Of a stretch of DNA of 64,000 nucleotides, positions 23,921-37,530 are shown piece after piece. This stretch comes from Bugula neritina (Eukaryota; Animalia; Bryozoa), in the NCBI GenBank assembly GCA_964035545.1, contig OZ037767.1, positions 30,086,628 to 30,150,627 of the forward strand. The letters run 5' to 3'. The position numbers and the translations under genes were made by a program. Within the stretch, counting starts at the first letter, position 1; every line of letters starts with the position of its first letter. The notes under the pieces are model-generated. The model searched no databases. It was not told where the DNA came from and was given only the letters and a program-made list of their open reading frames with translations.

Positions 23921-26900
23921 CTTGTAGTGCGTTTTGTAGTTGTTCGTTTAGTGGAGCCTGGACACCACCATATGGTGCAGCCTGGTGGGAGAGTGGTAGG
24001 AGGAAGGGTTGTCTGGGGAGTTGGAAGAGTTCTATTCAATTGCTGTAAATTTGATTTAAATTGTGACATTAAATAATGAATAACATTTATCCAAGTTTAT
24101 TATTATTTATGCTACAATTTACTAAACGAGGTAGCCTATACAAATTCAAAAGCCGATAATGACAATGCATTTCATCACTGGAAGTTAAAGGCACACTTTC
24201 TGATTATTCAATATTCACATCAATAACTTGTAACCAACAAGTTTAAATGTAAAGATATTGCTTATTATGTGTGAAGGTCAAGGTACTGTAGGTCTAAAGA
24301 TGGATGTGCTGTAAGTTATACAAGTTGAGTTTTTTGATCAACATGCCCAGTTTATAACAATTATTGTATACTCAACTGCATGAACTCAGCTTACCTTGTT
24401 GATGGTGGATAGAAGAGGGTATTTGCCTCTGTTGCAGAACTGACCAGTAAAGTCATCATAATCTAGTGACCAAATCATAGCTCCTCCCAGACGCTGACTT
24501 TTCAGGTAATCTACTTTAGCCTTCACACTTTTCTCATTGTCATACGTCACCAGTTGTCCCTCACCGTATGCTATGGCCTGGGCAGCCTCGCTGCTGTAGG
24601 ATTGCTGCCAGCCAGTAGACAGTTTCTCACAGATCTAAACCAATAAAGAATATTCTCAACCATCACCCTGACTGTGTTGTTAAGTCATTGATAGCCATCA
24701 GTTTTTCATTTACTTTACCAACTTTACAATCTACTAACTTTAAATCAAGAATATACTTCAAGGGATTATAACAAGTGGTGCCATCTTATAAATTCAGTCC
24801 AGCTCTTTTCATCAATCATTTATCACAAATAATTTTATTGTATATTAAGTGGAATTTCTGATTTTAACTCTGTCACCATTATAGTTATTGATGTTTAAAT
24901 AGGCAGGCAATTAAAAAAATGTATGTATGAAACTGTTACAGATATGAGTCTATAGTTATAGCATGGTAGCCACAATTGGCAACAGCTCCTTGTTTATCTG
25001 TATTTGGCAGCTAAACAGGAGTTTACAGCACAAGACATAATTTGTTGCAGATTCTAACTCCATAATACAATGAATATTGGAATTTGGTCCTTAGATTAGC
25101 TAACATGTGAAGTTATGAACTTAGATCTTAAGGCTTTACACAAAAATAATTTTTAATAACGCTATGGTCCATGCAGTCTATGCAGTCTGAACATGTTACT
25201 CTAGACTCTAGAGAAAGTTTCAATATTAAATGCTGTGAATATGTTATTTAAATCTAAATTCTAATTTGATTTTACTCAATTTTTTTAATTAACTATTTTT
25301 AAGGCGTGCCACCAGAGAAATTTTGAAAAGTACGTGTGGAAACTGCAACTCTGAACTGTAGCCTAGAACTCTCAGAAATAAGATTAGTAAAGATCACCTC
25401 ATAGTAGCTCATTGTGCCAGCTAAGAGAGTGTATCTTCCCTCTTTACTTTCACCTTTAGCAGGAGATGGAACACTAGTACCAGAGCTTTTCCATCCCTTC
25501 CGTACATTGGCATACCTAAGATTTGTTTACCAAAATTAGGTCAACTGTGTGATCACACTTTATTCAGTGCATTCTAAATTAGGTCAACTGTGTGATCACA
25601 CTTTATTCAGTGCATTCCATGAAGTAACTTTAGAAACATATTTTGATTGGCTATTATATTGGTGTCGACACCCAAAGGTCATGGCAACACAATGAAATAT
25701 TAGGTGTATCTTTCTATAAAATGACATTTTTAGAAAAGCAATAATTTTTGCTATACAATTCCTATTGTTTGTTGGTATCAGCATTTCAACAATTTATTTC
25801 TCAAATATAGATAAATTATTGTCCAATAAGTAATCTAGAAATATCCATGTATTAAAAATTACCCTTGTAAATTATTTTACACCAGCAGAAATTTTACTTT
25901 TACAAACTAGTAAGTACCTGATATCGAAATAGTGTTCAGATATTACAAGGTGATATATTCTTAAGTCTAGTATTACTGCAGATTACAAACTACAAACTAT
26001 ATCACATCACGTCTCACCAAGTATGAGCTTATCTCTAGCACATCCACCATCAATCCAGTCCTTGGTTGTCACTGCAATAACGTTGGTAGGAGTGGATTCC
26101 CCAGGGGCACTGTACAGTGGTGCAGCAAACTCGGCTTGTGTTTTGTGCCAGGCCCCGTGGATATCGTACTGCATCAAATTCACAAAGTCCAGATCTCTGG
26201 AAAAAAAGTAAAAATTTTGAAAAAACATTCCTACAATTTGTTTATAAATCTTGCCAACGAAAGTTTTATATTTTAGCTGAAATATTGGCACATATTTCAT
26301 TTGCATGCAGCATATTGATTAGCTTGATTGATTCTCTACAGTCTACACAAACAGCAAATTATTATTATCTGTAAGTTTTTACAGCATGTCACAATAAATT
26401 AAAAATATGCATGCTCCCCCAATATCCATTCTTTCAGGATCAGCATGCAATTTCATGGTTCAATGAGTAAAGCCTATCAAGTTAAAATCCATGCCATTCA
26501 AATGAGTTTAGAAGTGCCACGGGTGTTGCTGGAAAGTTAGTTTTGTTAGTAATTACCCTACTTTAATTTTCTGCATAGAAGCAAAATATTAGCAAAAACT
26601 TTTTCTATCACAATTGGTAGAGCCATAGACATTTGCATTGTTTAGTTTGACTAACTTAAGTTGATTTGACTTGTCAAATTTACCTATGAAGTAAGTTTAT
26701 GTTGTGTTGTTTAACTGTAATATTTATATGAATAACATAACATGCACAAGATGCTACCAGACAATACTGGACATAGGAGACAAGAAAAGTCTTTTGAAAG
26801 TTATCCTTTTTCATAAAAGCCATGTTGCCTAGTTTTTATATATCCTTTTTAATTCTATAACACATGGTGGAATATTATTATTAGAAATTTGATATTCTAA

Positions 26901-27680
26901 ATAGTTGCCAGAATTGCTATATCATATTATGCTATAAATAACAGATGATGGATAAATGTCAAATGGTGGTTAAATTCACAACAAATCCCTAAGCAATCAA
27001 TTTAGGGCGAGTTATTTATTGCATTTATTAGACTTTGGTCTGCATATTCTACCACTCCCAGCATCCTATTATATTGGCGTTACATCCTGTGGTCAAAATG
27101 TATGTCCAGTTTGTTTCACTTTACCTGCACAATACCCTCTTATCGTAGCCAACAACAGCTGTGTATGGAGTTGGACCGACGGCAGCTGAAAGTAAAGGCT
27201 TCTCTATTCCTTGTTGATTTCCAAACTGTTTAAATGCTGCTTGAAGCTCCTAAATAGAGACTCAAAAAATGTGCCAGTGAAGAAATACTTAAACTACATA
27301 TTTTGTAACAAAACTAGCTCTCTTTTGTGAGTAAATCTTATGGTCAACTCACTGTGCAGACAGTACACGGCAGCATTTCCTACTCAAGTCTGGGCAAGCT
27401 TAAAAATTTTAATTTTAAGCTTTTAATCGGCTCAGCTGATTAAGCTGTGTGTTGCAGCAGCTAATAGTGGTATGCAATGAGGAGAAGCAATATAATTAGT
27501 ATATTTAGTATTACTAATAGTTTTATTTAATATACCAACTAAAACATCACCAGGCTAGCACGGGCACAAAATTTATTATAACACACCATTGTTTCAGCAT
27601 GCAGCCCTCAAACATTCTGTAGATGATAGCCAAGATGTATGTGAATAATTTTAATATGTGCAAAGGAAGTGTGTCAAAGA

Positions 27681-29246
27681 TATATGTTATACAGCATGTA
27701 GCCTGCTAGCACTATACTATACAGCATGTAGCCTGCTAGCACTATGTTATACAACATGTAACCTGCTAGCACTATACTATACAACATGTAGCCTGCTAGC
27801 ACTATGTTATACAGCATGTAGCCTGCTAGCACTATACTATACAACATGTAGCCTGCTAGCACTATGTTATACAACATGTAACCTGCTAGCACTATACTAT
27901 ACAACATGTAGCCTGCTAGCACTATGTTATACAGCATGTAGCCTGCTAGCACTATACTATACAACATGTAGCCTGCTAGCACTATGTTATACAACATGTA
28001 ACCTGCTAGCACTATACTATACAACATGTAGCCTGCTAGCACTATGTTATACAACATGTAGCCTGCTAGCACTATACTATACAGCATGTAGCCTGCTAGC
28101 ACTATACTATACAACATGTAGCCTGCTAGCACTATGTTATACAACATGTAGCCTGCTAGCACTATACTATACAGCATGTAGCCTGCTAGCACTATACTAT
28201 ACAGCATGTAACCTGCTAGCACTATGTTATACAACATGTAACCTGCTAGCACTATACTATACAACATGTAGCCTGCTAGCACTATACTATACAGCATGTA
28301 GCCTGCTAGCACTATACTATACAACATGTAGCCTGCTAGCACTATACTATACAGCATGTAGCCTGCTAGCACTATACTATACAGCATGTAGCCTGCTAGC
28401 ACTATGTTATGCAACATGCAACCTGCTAGCACTATGTTATGCAACATGCAACCTGCTAGCACTATGTTATACAACATGTAGCCTGCTAGCACTATACTAT
28501 ACAGCATGTAGCCTGCTAGCACTATACTATACAACATGTAGCCTGCTAGCACTATACTATACAGCATGTAGCCTGCTAGCACTATACTATACAGCATGTA
28601 GCCTGCTAGCACTATACTATACAGCATGTAACCTGCTAGCACTATGTTATACAACATGTAACCTGCTAGCACTATACTATACAACATGTAGCCTGCTAGC
28701 ACTATACTATACAGCATGTAGCCTGCTAGCACTATACTATACAACATGTAGCCTGCTAGCACTATACTATACAGCATGTAGCCTGCTAGCACTATACTAT
28801 ACAGCATGTAGCCTGCTAGCACTATGTTATGCAACATGCAACCTGCTAGCACTATGTTATGCAACATGCAACCTGCTAGCACTATGTTATACAACATGTA
28901 GCCTGCTAGCACTATACTATACAGCATGTAGCCTGCTAGCACTATACTATACAGCATGTAACCTGCTAGCACTATGTTATACAACATGTAACCTGCTAGC
29001 ACTATACTATACAACATGTAGCCTGCTAGCACTATGTTATACAACATGTAACCTGCTAGCACTATGTTATACAACATGTAACCTGCTAGCACTATACTAT
29101 ACAACATGTAGCCTGCTAGCACTATGTTATACAACATGTAACCTGCTAGCACTATACTATACAGCATGTAGCCTGCTAGCACTATACTATACAACATGTA
29201 GCCTGCTAGCACTATGTTATACAACATGTAGCCTGCTAGCACTATA
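27681..29246. repeat. 30-bp intronic minisatellite, ~52 copies, with higher-order structure
   Basis: Unit ACA[A/G]CATGTA[A/G]CCTGCTAGCACTAT[AC/GT]TAT; abuts the donor of the GH18 catalytic exon at 29247. Confidence 0.98.
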
Positions 29247-30850
29247 CCTGGACTAAGAGGTTGAGATTTTGCTTATCAGCATCTGGATCTCCACCTCGAA
29301 GGCCGGGGTACTCCCAATCTAAATCTAGCCCATCAAACTTGTATTGTTCCAGGAATACTAGAACTGAGTCTATAAACTGACGTCTGCTGTTAGCTGTTTT
29401 TACCATAACACTGAACGGAGTGCCGCCATTGTTCCATCCACCAATGGCTACCATTACTTTCACCGAGGGAATCAATTTCTTCATGTCAATAACTTGGTTG
29501 AAATAGCCTAAAGTATTAAATATATGCTTCAATAGCACAGAACAGTTATATTATTGTTAGTGAAAAAGCTAATGCTGTGTGTTAATTTAACAATAGACTG
29601 TCTAGTGATGTTGATACAACTCCTAATCATACTTACCAGTCTGTACATCCAGCCAATCATCATGGATTGTCAGTTTGTTGTCTCTCACCAGAGTGAATGT
29701 GTGTGCACAGAGTTGGGTCAATGTCTTCAGGCTTGAACTGTGATATCATAAAACAGAGTATGTGTTTCTGTGCTGCTTAATTTTTTAAGTATAAAAATAG
29801 CACTAGAAGCATTTTTATGACCAAACATAGCATAAAAAAGTTTTACATTATAATATCAATTTACAGTAAAAAGAATTATATAAAACAAATAAATTTATAA
29901 CACACAATAACTTTTCCAATCTGTGGTGAAAGAAATTTTTGAAGCAAATAGAGCTCGATGTACTTTGACTCACCTGCACCTGCATATCATATATGACACT
30001 TTTATGCATGCATGTTTCTTTTGTTAACATTACCCAGCTTTAATTCAGTGCTTTATGCTAATTCAGCATTGATATTTGCTAATTTATTATATTCTGACAC
30101 AAACTCTAATTACAAGAAGGCTATAACATAACGAGAAAATGCACAGCTGAGAGAAGTTTAAAAAAGCCACTAAGAAAAGAATACAAGTCAGCTGACCTTG
30201 CCACGATCTTGACGATACCCAGACCAGTTGGTGTAGTAGCAGACAACTTTACCCTTTGCCTGGGTCTCTTCTGGAGCCAGTAGTAAACAAAGTAGTACAG
30301 CAGAACAGGCTAATAATATCTAAAATATTAGTGACATGTCTGTGATTTGTCAGACAAAACCAATGCAAGTAAGAGTATAGTCTGTGTGACTGACAATGCT
30401 TTCTAGAACAATCACAAGTATTATAATTGGTGTGCACTGATTCTAATACTAAACACTAGAAATAGTAAATTAATTCAGAGTAATTTTTTAACAGCTTTTG
30501 TGCACTTTTCAAATATTAAGCAGTTCATGGCATATATTTAAGAAATAGCACGAGTTCTAATAATTAATAGTAATCAACTATAAATCAGATTAGAGTAATT
30601 ATATAAACAGTTGTTCTGCATCGTTTGAAAAATTAATTCATAACAAATTTTAAAAAATATAATAAAGTGTAAGTTCTATTTACATCAACATAAGTAGGTG
30701 AAATATATGTGTCTCAAGTTTTACCTTCATGATTGCTTGTTGGTCACCTCTGATCTATTTGATGGTACAAATTCTGCAGTTGGAATACAGCTTGTTGACC
30801 ACCCAAGGAGCAAGAGGGAGGTTATGCGCTACACTCTAGAGCTTGCTGAT

Positions 30851-30860
30851 GCTTTTATAC
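30851..30860 (-). promoter_or_regulatory. TATA box of chitinase copy A
   Basis: Minus strand GTATAAAAGC ~120 nt upstream of the ATG; conserved in copy B (~36643-36651). Confidence 0.65.
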
Positions 30861-31594
30861 AGAAGACAGGCTTGACTTGATGCATGGTTGCAGCCACTCA
30901 TTCAGTAAGGAGGAGGTTGTTATACCGCCCCTTATCTGTTAAATAATAGACTGAGTCATCGAGTAGAATCTGGACTATTTATCTCTTGAGTAAAGCCACA
31001 GTTCATTCTAGTCATAACTCTAATAAATCAACCTTGCTGGTCGTTTACTGTTTTCTGATGTCATGTGAAACTTAGAATCTGAGTGAACCATTATGCCATG
31101 TGGAAAATTTGTCTTTGTCATTAGCAGTGACTAAGCAAATTGTTTCTTATTGGTATAAATGAGGGTTTAGTCATCTCATTATAGAGTTGTCATCTCAGAG
31201 CAAAGAAAAATGTCTACCATTTGGGAAGTTGCATTTTCTTGGTCTTTTCAATTATATCATAATATATCATTATACTCTATCTGCCATGCTTTGTAATTCA
31301 TTTATTTTTTAGCTTTTGTTTATTTCTGGTGCATACAATCGCTTCTTCATTGCTAATTCCATGTTTTATTTCACATCTTGGTATTATCATAACAAAATAT
31401 AATAAAATTGCATTTGAAACTACCTTTATAAATTGTGCACATAAAAATACACTTAAATTTTTTATATTCAATTATATACACACTCGTTTACAAATATATT
31501 GTACATAAAATGAAAACTATTTTGATATGAAACATTAATACAAACATAAATAAAAAATATACAATCCTGTGTGTCAGCTTTACTCTATTTTATT

Positions 31595-34500
31595 CTAGCC
31601 GCTATGTTTACAGCACGAGCAACTTCCAGAGAACACCGTGCCTCTACCGCATGTCCCCTCCCACAAATTCCCTCTATCACAGACGTAGTACTTAGCTGGA
31701 TCACAAGGGTTTGCAAGGAACTTGTTTCGTGTGCTACGCTTGCAGACAGGCCTACATTGTGAGGGTTTCTGGGTAGACCCAGGTGGCATTGTCGTACTTC
31801 TTGGAGGTCTGGTGGTGCGTCTTGTTGTTGTTTGTTTAGTAGAGCCTGGACACCACCATACGGTGCAGCCTGGTGGAAGAGTGGTAGGAGGAAGGGTTGT
31901 CTGAGGAGTTGGAAGAGTTCTACCCATTTCCTGTGAAATTATTTCAATGATGTTATGTAAAATCACACTTGAAGCAATGAATATTTCACAATAAGCAGTG
32001 CTTTACACATGCATACAAGGATTTTTTGTTATACAACTCATTACAGAGAGTGTACAACTCCAAAAAATACATTTTAGAAGCTACATTTCTGGTTGATGGA
32101 AGTACTATGAATCGCAAGAGCTTAGTTTCACCACCAACAAGCCCAGTTTACAACAATTATTGTATACTCAGCAACATGAGCTCAGCTTACCTTGTTGATG
32201 GTGGATAGAAGAGGGTATTTGCCCCTGTTGCAGAACTGACCAGTAAAATCATCAAAATCTAGTGACCAGATCATAGCTCCTCCCAGACGCTGACTCTTCA
32301 GGTAATCTACTTTAGCCTTCACACTTTTCTCATTGTCATACGTCACCAGTTGTCCCTCACCGTATGCTATGGCCTGGGCAGCCTCGCTGCTGTAGGATTG
32401 CTGCCAGCCAGTAGACAGTTTCTCACAGATCTAAACAAATAAAGAATATTCTCAACCATCACCTGACTGATAAAACTGAAAGTGAGGTTTTTGTAAGAGG
32501 TGGTAACTCTGCTGCACTCTGAATTAAAATCATTGGGAATGAGATTAGTAGAACTTACCTCATAGTAACTCAACATGCCAGCTAAGAGAGTATATTTTCC
32601 CTGATTACTCCCACCATTAGCAGTAGATGGAACTGTAGTACCAGAGCTTTTCCACCCCCTTCCGTACATTGGTATACCTAAAATTGTTTACCAAAATCAG
32701 GTCAATGGTATGATAACACTTTGTCCAGTGCATTCTAAATTAGATCAACTATGTGATCACACTTTATTCAATGCATTCTATGAAAGAATGTTAATAAAAT
32801 ATATTTTATTTCTCAACATATCTTAAGGGTGGTATGTTGTTATAAATGTTCAAGAATATTCTATCTGATACTTTATCAAGTCTAGTATTACTGCAGACTA
32901 CAAACTTATACTTTATCACATCATGTCTCACCAAGAATGAGCTTATCTCTGGCACATCCACCATCAATCCAGTCTTTGGTTGTCGCTGCAATTACATTTT
33001 GTGGAGTAGACTCCCCCGGGGCACTGTACAGTGGTGCAGCAAAGCCAGTTTGTGATCTATCCCACGCCCCGTGGATATCATACTGCATCAAATTCACAAA
33101 GTCCAGATCTCTGAAAAAAGAGGTAGAAATGGTAACAGCTGTCACACATTTTTGAAGTCTTGTAGAAGAATTTTAGCTGAAAGGTTTTGGGTTTTATTTG
33201 TAAATTGTATGTGAAATAAGAATTAGCTTAGTGATTTGCACAATTGATTTTCTATATAAACAGTAGATGATCATCTCAACTGCAGTTGTCAGACACATTA
33301 AATTAAAAAAAATTAAAGACACACAGACAACTGAAAATGATATATTTCATACTTTTCTTGCAATATCATTAAATTCATGGTTCAATAATGGAAGCTTATT
33401 AACAATTAGCATCTAGGTACTTTAATCATAAGATTAAAAGTGCCAAGTTTATGGCTGTCTAGCGTTAGTTTTGTTGATAAATCATGGTAGCTACTTTAAT
33501 TTTCTTCATAAAAAAATCTATGAGTTATAATATTTCTTTACGTCGCATTGTTTTACTTTATGTTTGATTACTCATGGTGGAATATACGCGCTAATTTATT
33601 TTAGCATCTGAAATATTGGCAAAATTATTTTATTATATGATACTATAAGTATTATTTGTATGATATATTATACTATATGTAATATTAGTATATTATATTA
33701 TGTTATATGTAATATTAGTATATTATATTATGATATAAGTAATATTAGATATAGATAAATGTCAACTAGTAGACAAATTTATCCATAAATCAACTTTATA
33801 TGAGCTATTTAATTCATTGCAATTATTACCCTTCCTTGTGCCTATATAAACTACCACTTCCCATGACCTTGACAACTTTGCCACTGCTTTAGTTTTATAT
33901 TAGAGTTATGCCCCTCTTGAGGTCAACAGTGTAGAGTGTGTCACTTTACCTGCACACAATCCTCCTATCATAGGCAACGTTGGCGGTTTTAGGAGCTGGG
34001 CCTACGGCAGCCGACAGCAGAGGCTTCTCTATTCTTTGTTGATTTCCGAACTTTCTGAATGCAGCTTGAAGTTCCTACACAAAATATTATATTAGTATTA
34101 GTATTAGTGTTAGTAGCAGTATTAATATTAGACACCAGTATCACTATTAGTATTAGTATTATTATTAGTATTAGTATTAGTATTGGTGTTGGTGTTAGTA
34201 TATTAGTATTAGTATTAGTATTAGTGTTAGTCTAGTTAGCAGAGAAGAACAAGCAGGAGGAAATATTTTAATGTTGCTCTCTTGATTAAATAAATCTCAT
34301 GACAGACACTAATATTCAGAGCTTCCTGTGTAATTATATAAATCCACACCAGCTCTTGAGCAATATGAGGTGCATAATGAGAAATTATCAGATGACTGGT
34401 GCAGAAATGAAAAGCTTGAAATAGCCTAAGTTCTTTAATTTATTTAATAAATGTTGGTTTGTGTGCAGATTAAATTTCCCTCAAGCGTATGACTTTTTTG

Positions 34501-36522
34501 CTACACTTCGAATCTAGAACACAGGATTTTCTTATTTCTCCATTACTGCACCTACCTCACCTGGTGCTACAGACAGCAAAATATGCAAGTATTTCCTACT
34601 CAAGTCTTCACTTCCAATAAAGCTGCAGATGACATGTTTATCCAGATTATTCTAGAAGGTTCACTACAGCACGTAACCTGGTAGCACTATACCTGAATTA
34701 AGAGGTTGAAGTTCTGCTTATCAGTATTTGGATCTCCACCGCGGAGGCCGGGGTACTCCCAATCTAAATCTAGCCCATCAAACTTGTATTGTTTCAGAAA
34801 TGCTAGAACTGAGTCTATAAACTGACGTCTGCTGTTGGCTGTTTTCGCCATAGTACTAAATGGACCCCCTCCATTGTTCCATCCACCAATGGCTACCATT
34901 ACTTTTACCGAGGGGTTTACTTTTTTCATATCAATGACTTGGTTGAAGTAGCCTAAAGTATTGAATATATGCACTCGTTATTCTAAAGTATAGTTAAAGT
35001 TACAATATTGCTGAAGTACCAAATTAAGCATGGTGGTTGTGTGGTTGTAACTTTACAGCATGTAGGTTCTGCTATCACCACATAGAATGTAGATAGTCAA
35101 AGATTCAATATAACTAAAGTTTACAGATGGCAAAAAACATACACTTTCAGTACTTCTAATCAACTACAGTTGCAATCTAATTTCACACAATTCAAGTTAT
35201 CAAGTTATTCATTTCAAAGCTGCTGTACACTAGGATCTGATGCACATATTAATTGCCCTTTCAAGAGTGCATCAGCAATGCGTTACACTAACTCATATTG
35301 GTGCCACAACTCCTACTCATACTTACCAGTCTGTACATCCAGCCAATCATCATGTATTTTCAGTTTGTTGTTTTCCACCAGAGTGAATGCATACAGAATA
35401 TGTGTGCACAGAGTTGGGTCAATGTCTCCAGGCTTAAACTGTGATATAATGAAACAGAGTGTGAAAATAGCACCAGAAGCATTTGTATTACAAAACTTTG
35501 TATTATGAAATTGGTTAGTTAAGGAAACAGCAAAGAAATTTTATGTTATAGCAATTTACAGTAAAATTTGCTATATCTGGTTTTACTATTAATTATAATT
35601 ATAACAAATAAATCTAATTGAGGTATTAAAAATGTAAAATTTGGCAGAACATATGTTGCAAAAATTATTTATCAATTTTTTACATATTATATAAGCTGTA
35701 AAACTTCTATCTGCCCATACAAGTACAACTCATATTCACACAGAGAAGAATAATTGGTTAATTTGGTAAGTCAAAGAATGGTGAATTATATTGTTATACT
35801 CATATAATACACAATAACTAATTGAGGTTTCCAAGCAGTAATGAAAGAAATCTTTGGAACAAATGGAGCTTCATGTACTTTGACTCACCTGCACCTGCCT
35901 GCCATATATGACATTTCTATGCAGGTTTCTTTTGTTAACATTACTCAGCTTTAACAGTGCTTTATGCTAATTCAGCATTGGTATTTGCTAGCTTGCTACA
36001 TTTTTGCACAAACTTCAATTAGAAGAGGGTTGCATAATAAGAAACCGCACAGCTAACAGAAGTTTAAAAAAGCCACTAAGACAAGAATACAAGTCAGCTG
36101 ACCTTGCCAAGACCTTGACGATACCCAGACCAGTTGGTGTAGTAGCAGACGACTTTTCCCTTTGCCTGGGTCTCTTCTGGAGCCAGTAGTAAACAGAGTA
36201 GCACAGCAGCACATGCTAATTGTATCTAAAATATTAATGAAAGGTCTGTGATTTGGCACACAAAACCAATGCAAATAAAAGTGTAATTCGTCTGTATGAA
36301 GGAATTGTAGTGAGATAATGGTTTCCAAAACAGTACGATAGCAAACATTTTAATAGTAAAAATAATAAACAAACTGTAATTCAAATTAACTTTACAATTC
36401 TTCTGCAGCTTTTTAAATTAATAACAAAAATAACACAAATTTAAAAAAATATAATAATGTGTAAGTTCTATTTACATCAACATAAGTAGATGAAATATGT
36501 GTGTCTCAAGTTTTACCTTCAT
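31595..36522 (-). CDS. GH18 chitinase copy B, intact (CHIT1/AMCase-like: signal peptide, GH18, short T/P linker, CBM14)
   Basis: Exons ~36522-36517, 36225-36103, 35448-35327, 34952-34693, 34074-33950, 33110-32932, 32676-32558, 32430-32191, 31931-31595. All join in frame. Catalytic FDGLDLDWEYP is intact. C-terminal CBM14 ends VFSGSCSCC, like the vertebrate CHIT1-type domain. Confidence 0.93.
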
Positions 36523-37299
36523 GATTGCTTGTTGATCACCTCTGATCTATTTGATGGTACAAATTCTGCAGTTGGAATACAGCTTGTTGACCACCCAAAG
36601 AGCAAGAGGGAGGTTGTGTGCTACTCTCTAGAGCTGGCTGATGCTTTTATACAGAAGATAGGCCCTGCGTCAACACTGACTTGACGCATGGTTGCAGCCA
36701 GATCTAAACTATTAGTCAACAGATTCTGGATATAAGCCAGCAAACCACTCATCCACAAGGAGGGGCTCATTTTACCACCCCTTGCTGATTTAGCAGTCCA
36801 CTGAGTGACTGAATAGAACCTGGGCTAATTAACTCTGGAGCAAAGCAGTAGTTCATTCAAGAAGTTAACAAGTTACTGGTGATTCACTGCTTCATATGAT
36901 TACTGTTTTATGGGACTCATCATCTGGATGAACCATTATATTAATATATATGAAAACTTTTTCTTTGTCAGTAGCAGTGACTATGCAAAATGTTTGTTTT
37001 TTTGATAAAAACAGTCTTAGTCAGTCATACTGAGTCATTTAGCGTCATAGATAATTGAACGTCTACCAAACCCTTTCCTTTTTTAAAAGCTTATTACACA
37101 CTTATTACATGCTTATTACATGCAGCTTACTACACACATACTACATAGATTCTACAAATTATATACTACACACATACTACATGGCTACTACGTACATACT
37201 ACATAGTGTTCACTAGGATATTGTAGCAACAAAACATTTTGAAGCAGTGCTGAAGGGTTACTCTGGCAAGCAATAAACAACTTCTGGTGGCCAGTTGAA

Positions 37300-37530
37300 C
37301 ATTTTTTCTCATGACGAGTAGAATTGGCCTGAATTATATAACTTAATTTCTTTCTAAGACGATTGGCAACTATAAGGCTTGGCATGTTGAATTGGGTTCT
37401 GTCGTGTACCTCTTTAAAAAGCTGTACAAAGCATTTGATTTGAATTATAATGATCCCAATCTGCATTTCTTGTATTAAAATCTGCCAAAGTTAATGAAAC
37501 TGATGCTCCTTGAATCTTAACCAACATCAA
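37300..37530 (-). mobile_element. Possible decayed non-LTR retrotransposon (APE endonuclease) fragment
   Basis: Minus-strand translation SLTLADFNTRNADWDHYNSN resembles the GDFNA...W motif of LINE APE domains; interrupted by stops. Confidence 0.35.

Larger units (their letters stand above)
22969..30730 (-). pseudogene. GH18 chitinase copy A (signal peptide, GH18, 13x20-aa mucin-like linker, CBM14) with two frameshifts: pseudogene, null allele or assembly error
   Basis: Exons ~30730-30725 (ATG AAG), 30319-30197, 29737-29637, 29507-29248, 27249-27125, 26197-26018, 25515-25398, 24634-24395, 24042-22969. Motifs VVCYYTNWS, KVMVAIGGW, FDGLDLDWEYP, MQYDIHG, GGAMIWSLD. Relative to copy B there is an 11-bp deletion at ~29695-29701 (stop TGA at 29662-29660) and a 1-bp deletion in a G run at ~25495-25497. 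Confidence 0.8.

Noticed and set aside
27681-29246. CRISPR-like array
   Set aside because: Head-to-tail repeats with no unique spacers, no cas genes, eukaryotic intron.
27658-29256. 532-aa (+) and 522-aa (-) ORFs of 10-aa repeats
   Set aside because: Stop-free frames of a 30-bp intronic minisatellite; the paralog has only one monomer and there is no coding context.
25490-29705. Compensating frameshifts (-11 and -1) restoring chitinase A
   Set aside because: Tandem TGA stops follow the first deletion within the same exon.
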